Both the position numbers and the translations under genes were made by a program. DNA of 64,000 bases from a virus (taxonomy: Duplodnaviria > Caudoviricetes). Below the pieces are notes generated by a model. That model ran no database searches and had not been told where the DNA came from. It saw nothing but the letters and a program-made list of their open reading frames with translations. The stretch spans positions 64,001 through 128,000 of IMG/VR virus record IMGVR_UViG_3300021387_003827. One strand, given 5' to 3'. The first letter of the stretch is position 1. Each line of letters starts with the position of its first letter. Below are positions 59,691 through 64,000 of the stretch, piece by piece.

Positions 59691-60879
59691 CTCTCATCTC
59701 CAGTTTTATACCTTCGCCCTTATTATATGGTCCCCACATAGTTAGCTCCAAATCGAAAGAACAGCCGTCTACAAAGGTACAATTAATAATTGGATTTGGA
59801 TTTTTAATTATCTCGCATCGATTAAGCAACTCTTTATCGGTCAAGTTTATGTAATCGTACGAAGAATTCTTTATTTCGTTTTTATAGAACTTTAAAATTT
59901 CCTTCTTATTTCCTAAGTACTTCCAATAGCTGTCAGTAATCTTAACTCTTCCATCAACAACTTTATACGTAAACACGCTAGCATCAGCGAATGTATGACG
60001 ATAGCTGGTTGAAGCAAATAGTTCTAAGATTTCAATAACTCCATTATCATGCTTCTTTACAAAAAATGCAGTCCTTCTATAAACATCCCAGTAGGTAGTA
60101 TTTGGAATAGTAGTAAAGGTCTTTATATCGAAGTCTTCTTTTGAGCTAATAGCGACATTAGGATTTATCTCTATTTTCACTACATTCTTTCCATCACTCT
60201 CGAATACGGACCCAACAAGTCGATCCTGGGCTGCCTTAAGCAAATCAAGATCTGCCGGGTGCTGTTTATCAACTACCCAACATAAGGTCTCAAGTCGATT
60301 GTTGTAACAGAAGATGATTATCTCCATGGTATCAGGATCAACCCAAAGATCTATTGTGGATGTGCTGCGAGAGGTTATAGTGTTTGGAGTGGTAGTCTTC
60401 CCGATATATACAAGCTCCTTGTCAATATCCTTCTCTGCACAGCCAGAAGCTCTGATATGGTATCTATTCCCAGGAACTAATTCCTTTTCACTTGAAATAG
60501 TTTCTACAACTTTCATGGATTTAGTAATCGGGACAAGTCCTATATCATTCTGGTGTAAGCCAGGGAACCAGAAGTGATTATTGTATTCGGCTATAGAGTA
60601 TTGTATCTCACTATCGATTACTCCATTATTGATACTAGAATGTTTTACTAGATCTATAAAATCATTATAATCTATAACAACATGAAATCCTCTTGGATCC
60701 ACCAGTCTTATGAATGGAGCATATTCTTCTCCACCATAGAAACATCTAGGTTCAAACATGGGAAAATTAGCCACCACGCCGGAGACCGGAATATTACGAA
60801 ATTTTTTCTTTTCCCCTTTTATGAATACCTCTATAAATTCAGGTATCTCTTTTACTTTAATAAAATCTTTACTTTTCAT
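59683..60879 (-). CDS. hypothetical protein, DPRGF-motif family, paralog of 61323-62486
   Basis: NIPVSG...DPRGF; likely ATG at 60879, right after the promoter-like motif. Confidence 0.7.
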   Translation of the reverse strand: MKSKDFIKVKEIPEFIEVFIKGEKKKFRNIPVSGVVANFPMFEPRCFYGGEEYAPFIRLVDPRGFHVVIDYNDFIDLVKHSSINNGVIDSEIQYSIAEYNNHFWFPGLHQNDIGLVPITKSMKVVETISSEKELVPGNRYHIRASGCAEKDIDKELVYIGKTTTPNTITSRSTSTIDLWVDPDTMEIIIFCYNNRLETLCWVVDKQHPADLDLLKAAQDRLVGSVFESDGKNVVKIEINPNVAISSKEDFDIKTFTTIPNTTYWDVYRRTAFFVKKHDNGVIEILELFASTSYRHTFADASVFTYKVVDGRVKITDSYWKYLGNKKEILKFYKNEIKNSSYDYINLTDKELLNRCEIIKNPNPIINCTFVDGCSFDLELTMWGPYNKGEGIKLEMRDV

Positions 60880-60880
60880 A

Positions 60881-60892
60881 CATAAATAAGGA
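60881..60892 (-). promoter_or_regulatory. putative phage promoter motif (TCCTTATTTATG)
   Basis: 1 nt before the ATG at 60879, just downstream of a terminator-like hairpin. Confidence 0.5.
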
Positions 60893-60897
60893 AACAA

Positions 60898-60921
60898 AGA
60901 GAGGATCTAGATATCCTCTCT
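60898..60921 (-). terminator. intrinsic terminator
   Basis: AGAGAGGAT-ctagat-ATCCTCTCT inverted repeat, followed by TTGTTT on the minus strand. Confidence 0.6.
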
Positions 60922-60931
60922 AATGTTTTTT

Positions 60932-61318
60932 TTACAGAGTCTTGAGAATCTCATCAACGGCGTGATCTTCCGTGTAATGCTTCTCTAACTCGGCCTTTTT
61001 CTCCTGGAGTGATCTTCTCTCAGCATTGATGTTATTGAGGGCTACCTGAGTCTTGATCCCGGTTTTCCACTCTGAGATCTTGTAGCCGTCAATCTCTAAC
61101 TCGTCCTCTGTCATGCCAAGTTCAGCTTTGGCCGTTGCATACTTCTTCTCCAGATCGTCCATCTCGATATACTTCCTGGCGAGATCGGAGTTTTTGTGCA
61201 TGACGGACAGCGAAGAAATCTCCTGTTTCGGGAGTGCTTTCTTCTTGTCTTCCAGTTCTTTCAGTTTAGCGTCAATTTTAGCTACGCCACCTTGGATTTT
61301 TGTGTCTCTTGTTTCCAT
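60932..61318 (-). CDS. coiled-coil hypothetical protein
   Basis: 128-aa charged helical ORF. Confidence 0.7.
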   Translation of the reverse strand: METRDTKIQGGVAKIDAKLKELEDKKKALPKQEISSLSVMHKNSDLARKYIEMDDLEKKYATAKAELGMTEDELEIDGYKISEWKTGIKTQVALNNINAERRSLQEKKAELEKHYTEDHAVDEILKTL

Positions 61319-61322
61319 TGTC

Positions 61323-62486
61323 TTAGAAATCTAAATATTGTGTTAATAAGTTTTCTCCTGATACTATATTTCCGTTACTAAGTATACAATCACAGTAGGA
61401 ACACCAGCCACAAACCTGAACATTCTCAAGATTGGCACATTCCACACTATTATCATCTATAGTCCTATTTAATTTTTTACTAAGACTATTTATCAGATCA
61501 ACTTTTGAGAAATCGGAACCACAGTCTACCGTTCCACTAGTAAAATACTTACCCTTAGTTAAATAGCCATTCTTAATCTCTATAACATGTAGGGTAACAT
61601 CCACCATAAAATGGGCGGGAAGTAATTCATATTCCGTCGTCATTAAATACGGAGAGCGCGGTTTAGTATCTCTCTCAACAAGCCCCGTCAGATGAATCAC
61701 CTCGATTATGTCTGATTTCACCCGATTTATAAGTACTACCTTGCCCGTCACTCTCTGTCCGTAACTATCCATATCAATGCCAGACGGGAAGAGAGTTGGA
61801 ATAATCTTTGAAAAATCTATTCGAGGTAAATCTGATCTTATTCTTAATCCAATAACCGCTATATCCTTGTTTCCTTTGTAGGATGATTTTAATGCTCCTA
61901 ACGCTTCAGAATACAGATCGGGATCATCCACTTCTGTATCCTTAAAAACCGAAGCATCCTGTATTGATACTGCAGCTATATATCTTTCTTCGGGGTAAGC
62001 AAATATATGACGATCCCTGAATACTCTATCATAGTCAGATCTCCATGGAAGACGGCCGAGATATACGACCGTTTGAAAATCATCAAGCGTATATACTTCC
62101 CCTGGCCTTAAATCTTCCACTGACTTTAATACTTTCCCAATCTCATCAATCATCTTAGGGGTCAGTAATATCCAGGAATTACTTCGGTCGTTAGGTCGGC
62201 CATAAATCAAATCCTCCTGAATCACTCCCCTCTCTATCGTTATCTCCGGAAATAATTCATCCAGATTCGATATAATACAAGAGAATCCACGAGGATCTTT
62301 GACAATTACAGATTTAAAAGTATTGATTCTGGTGATAACAATTCCAGAAGTAGGCACATTATTTATTTCGCTTTTTCTTTCATCAGGGGCGAATTTAGAT
62401 ATGTTATCCTCTAACCACAAATCATCGTCCCTACCGTGCCGTTCAAAACTAATTATTTTTAACTTTTCTAATATAATTCTTCTCAT
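61323..62486 (-). CDS. hypothetical protein, DPRGF-motif family
   Basis: NVPTSG...DPRGF...VYLG; 387 aa. Confidence 0.7.
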   Translation of the reverse strand: MRRIILEKLKIISFERHGRDDDLWLEDNISKFAPDERKSEINNVPTSGIVITRINTFKSVIVKDPRGFSCIISNLDELFPEITIERGVIQEDLIYGRPNDRSNSWILLTPKMIDEIGKVLKSVEDLRPGEVYTLDDFQTVVYLGRLPWRSDYDRVFRDRHIFAYPEERYIAAVSIQDASVFKDTEVDDPDLYSEALGALKSSYKGNKDIAVIGLRIRSDLPRIDFSKIIPTLFPSGIDMDSYGQRVTGKVVLINRVKSDIIEVIHLTGLVERDTKPRSPYLMTTEYELLPAHFMVDVTLHVIEIKNGYLTKGKYFTSGTVDCGSDFSKVDLINSLSKKLNRTIDDNSVECANLENVQVCGWCSYCDCILSNGNIVSGENLLTQYLDF

Positions 62487-62488
62487 TA

Positions 62489-62500
62489 CATATATAAGGA
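62489..62500 (-). promoter_or_regulatory. putative phage promoter motif (TCCTTATATATG)
   Basis: 2 nt before the ATG at 62486. Confidence 0.5.
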
Positions 62501-62509
62501 AAAGAGATA

Positions 62510-62938
62510 TTAGACATACATTCCAGCCGGCGCCTCTAAAGCTAAGCCTTTTTCAATCAAGCCACGATAATCAAAATGATGAGAGTTAAGAAAATCAAGT
62601 TGTCTTAATGGATAAAACATATAAAGCCCGTCATGAGATAGCCCATGTCCATCAAGAATAAATTTTGCATATTTTGACAAATCTTCATCGCATAGTTTTC
62701 TTAACTCTTTTTTCTCTTCTTCAGTCATACTTGACATAGGACGCAAGTATGGTCTAACAGTTTTTATGTCTACTAAATTATTTCCAATAGTGGCCCAACC
62801 AATATACCACCCTTTGAATGTTCCAAAAACTCTTTTTAAACTTCCATCCATTTGTTTTAAAATGCCACTACAATTAACTCCATAAGGTACTCTTGCATAA
62901 ATGTCTGCGAGGAGCATTTGTCTTTCTTCTAGTGTCAT
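62510..62938 (-). CDS. conserved Bacteroidales-phage hypothetical protein
   Basis: ARVPYGV...PYLRPMSSMTEEE...HHFDYRGLIEKGLA pattern. Confidence 0.7.
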   Translation of the reverse strand: MTLEERQMLLADIYARVPYGVNCSGILKQMDGSLKRVFGTFKGWYIGWATIGNNLVDIKTVRPYLRPMSSMTEEEKKELRKLCDEDLSKYAKFILDGHGLSHDGLYMFYPLRQLDFLNSHHFDYRGLIEKGLALEAPAGMYV

Positions 62939-62994
62939 ATTACATTAATTCCTCCTTTATTGCGTTTTTCCAAGTTCAAAGATTAGTTTCATAA

Positions 62995-63246
62995 TCACTT
63001 AAAATATGAAAATTCATCTTTGATTCCTAATGCTATATCTATAAAATATTTTGCATCATCCAATTGCATCCAATCAAATGAATTTCCTTCACACTCATAA
63101 ATGCCGCTAAGTGCCTTTTCTCTTAATTCTTCATTATCAGATACAGCTTTTATAGCTTTCTCTACTCTTGTAATATGAACATATAAGCCAGATTGTGTAT
63201 TAGATGACGCTTCTTCTAAAAAATTATATGCTTCTTCTCTTGTCAT
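62995..63246 (-). CDS. hypothetical protein
   Basis: 83-aa ORF starting MTREEA. Confidence 0.6.
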   Translation of the reverse strand: MTREEAYNFLEEASSNTQSGLYVHITRVEKAIKAVSDNEELREKALSGIYECEGNSFDWMQLDDAKYFIDIALGIKDEFSYFK

Positions 63247-63321
63247 ATCTATTCATCCTTTCTTGCATTAAGCCTATCAAGTTCTACTTTCAACTCATGT
63301 TCTTCAATGTATTTCATAAGA

Positions 63322-63465
63322 TTAAATGTGATTTTCAAGTATTTCAATCGCCTTTTTAAGACCATCCTTGAAGCCTTCTGTATAGGCACTTCCACTCATC
63401 ATAATAGGTGCATTCTCGATGGCTTCTTCAATTTCTTCTCGCCACCCATCTGAAATAAAATCCAT
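63322..63465 (-). CDS. small hypothetical protein (47 aa, not in the ORF track)
   Basis: MDFISDGWREEIEEAIENAPIMMSGSAYTEGFKDGLKKAIEILENHI; starts 3 nt after the previous stop. Confidence 0.5.
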   Translation of the reverse strand: MDFISDGWREEIEEAIENAPIMMSGSAYTEGFKDGLKKAIEILENHI

Positions 63466-63468
63466 ATC

Positions 63469-63999
63469 CTAAAGTAATTTTTGAAGGTCAGCATAAAGGT
63501 CTGTTAACGCGTTCCACGCATCAGAACCTTTTTCTGCATTTTTAATGGCTCTTCTCAGTCCTTGAAAGTGTTCCTCTCTGGGCTTCCAATTATTCGGTGA
63601 TTTCATACGACGGTGGAGGGATTCGAGCCAGTCAATACATTTATATAAATCGTTTGCATCAAGACAACTCGCATTAATATATCCTATGCAATGATCCATG
63701 ATTCTCTCATCTTCCTCGCTCCACTCTTGATTTGACTGAGGACGGAGGGATTTGAGGAATTTAGCCGTGCGACTCTCTGTGCCCCATTCCTTTTCCGCAG
63801 CAAGAATTGCATTATTAAGGTGAAGTTTATCATCCTCACTCCACTCTGCGGGCTTCTGATTTTTCTCCATTTCGTACATTGCCTCCTCTTTCCCAGCCTG
63901 AATACCGAGATTAAATTGTTTCTGTGCCTCGTCTTTCTGCTTTTCGAGATAGGCAACAGCTTCGTCTTCTGTAACACCATTAATAAGTGTTCCATCCTG
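63469..63999 (-). CDS. 5'-truncated WSEEDE-repeat phage protein
   Basis: Frame is open to the window end; YLEKQK, EWSEDD, EWSEEDE and WKPREE repeats. Confidence 0.7.
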   Translation of the reverse strand, partial: QDGTLINGVTEDEAVAYLEKQKDEAQKQFNLGIQAGKEEAMYEMEKNQKPAEWSEDDKLHLNNAILAAEKEWGTESRTAKFLKSLRPQSNQEWSEEDERIMDHCIGYINASCLDANDLYKCIDWLESLHRRMKSPNNWKPREEHFQGLRRAIKNAEKGSDAWNALTDLYADLQKLL

Positions 64000-64000
64000 G

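Noticed and set aside
1132-62589. Numerous short antisense or nested ORFs in the ORF track
   Set aside because: Shadows of long genes on the opposite strand or frame, with no motifs or independent signals.
1-64000. Alternative genetic code (TAG recoding as in Lak or some crAss-like phages)
   Set aside because: Long intact ORFs under the standard code, and TAG ends genes at sensible boundaries (5270, 40942, 42664).

Overview
AT-rich, gene-dense segment of a large contractile-tailed (jumbo-type) bacteriophage genome. It uses the standard genetic code (TAG is a real stop). A Bacteroidales host is inferred from BACON-like and WSEEDE-repeat proteins. Plus strand, 1-44 kb: virion module (GH73 muralytic protein, T4-like baseplate genes, large tail proteins, T-type holin, an LTD-metallophosphoesterase and a CotH-like kinase/LRR giant protein, tail fibres). 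The baseplate cluster is interrupted at 5.3-8.8 kb by a ~550-bp non-coding region full of DNA-type hairpin motifs, followed by an SF2 helicase-like gene and a T5orf172/GIY-YIG-like gene that share a duplicated C-terminal domain. At 39.6-44 kb lies a diversity-generating retroelement (DGR): two paralogous targets, VR1/VR2 each differing from the TR only at adenines, an Avd-like gene, and an RT that has lost its whole catalytic core by in-frame deletion. Plus strand, 44-48.4 kb: AAA ATPase and neighbours. Minus strand, 48.4-64 kb: Acb1-like 2H phosphoesterase, phage multisubunit RNA polymerase beta and beta' (beta' split by a 363-nt group I intron carrying a 47-codon ORF), and many small early-type genes, several preceded by a recurring TCCTTATATATG-like motif. 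All family assignments come from motif recognition by eye; no database searches were run.
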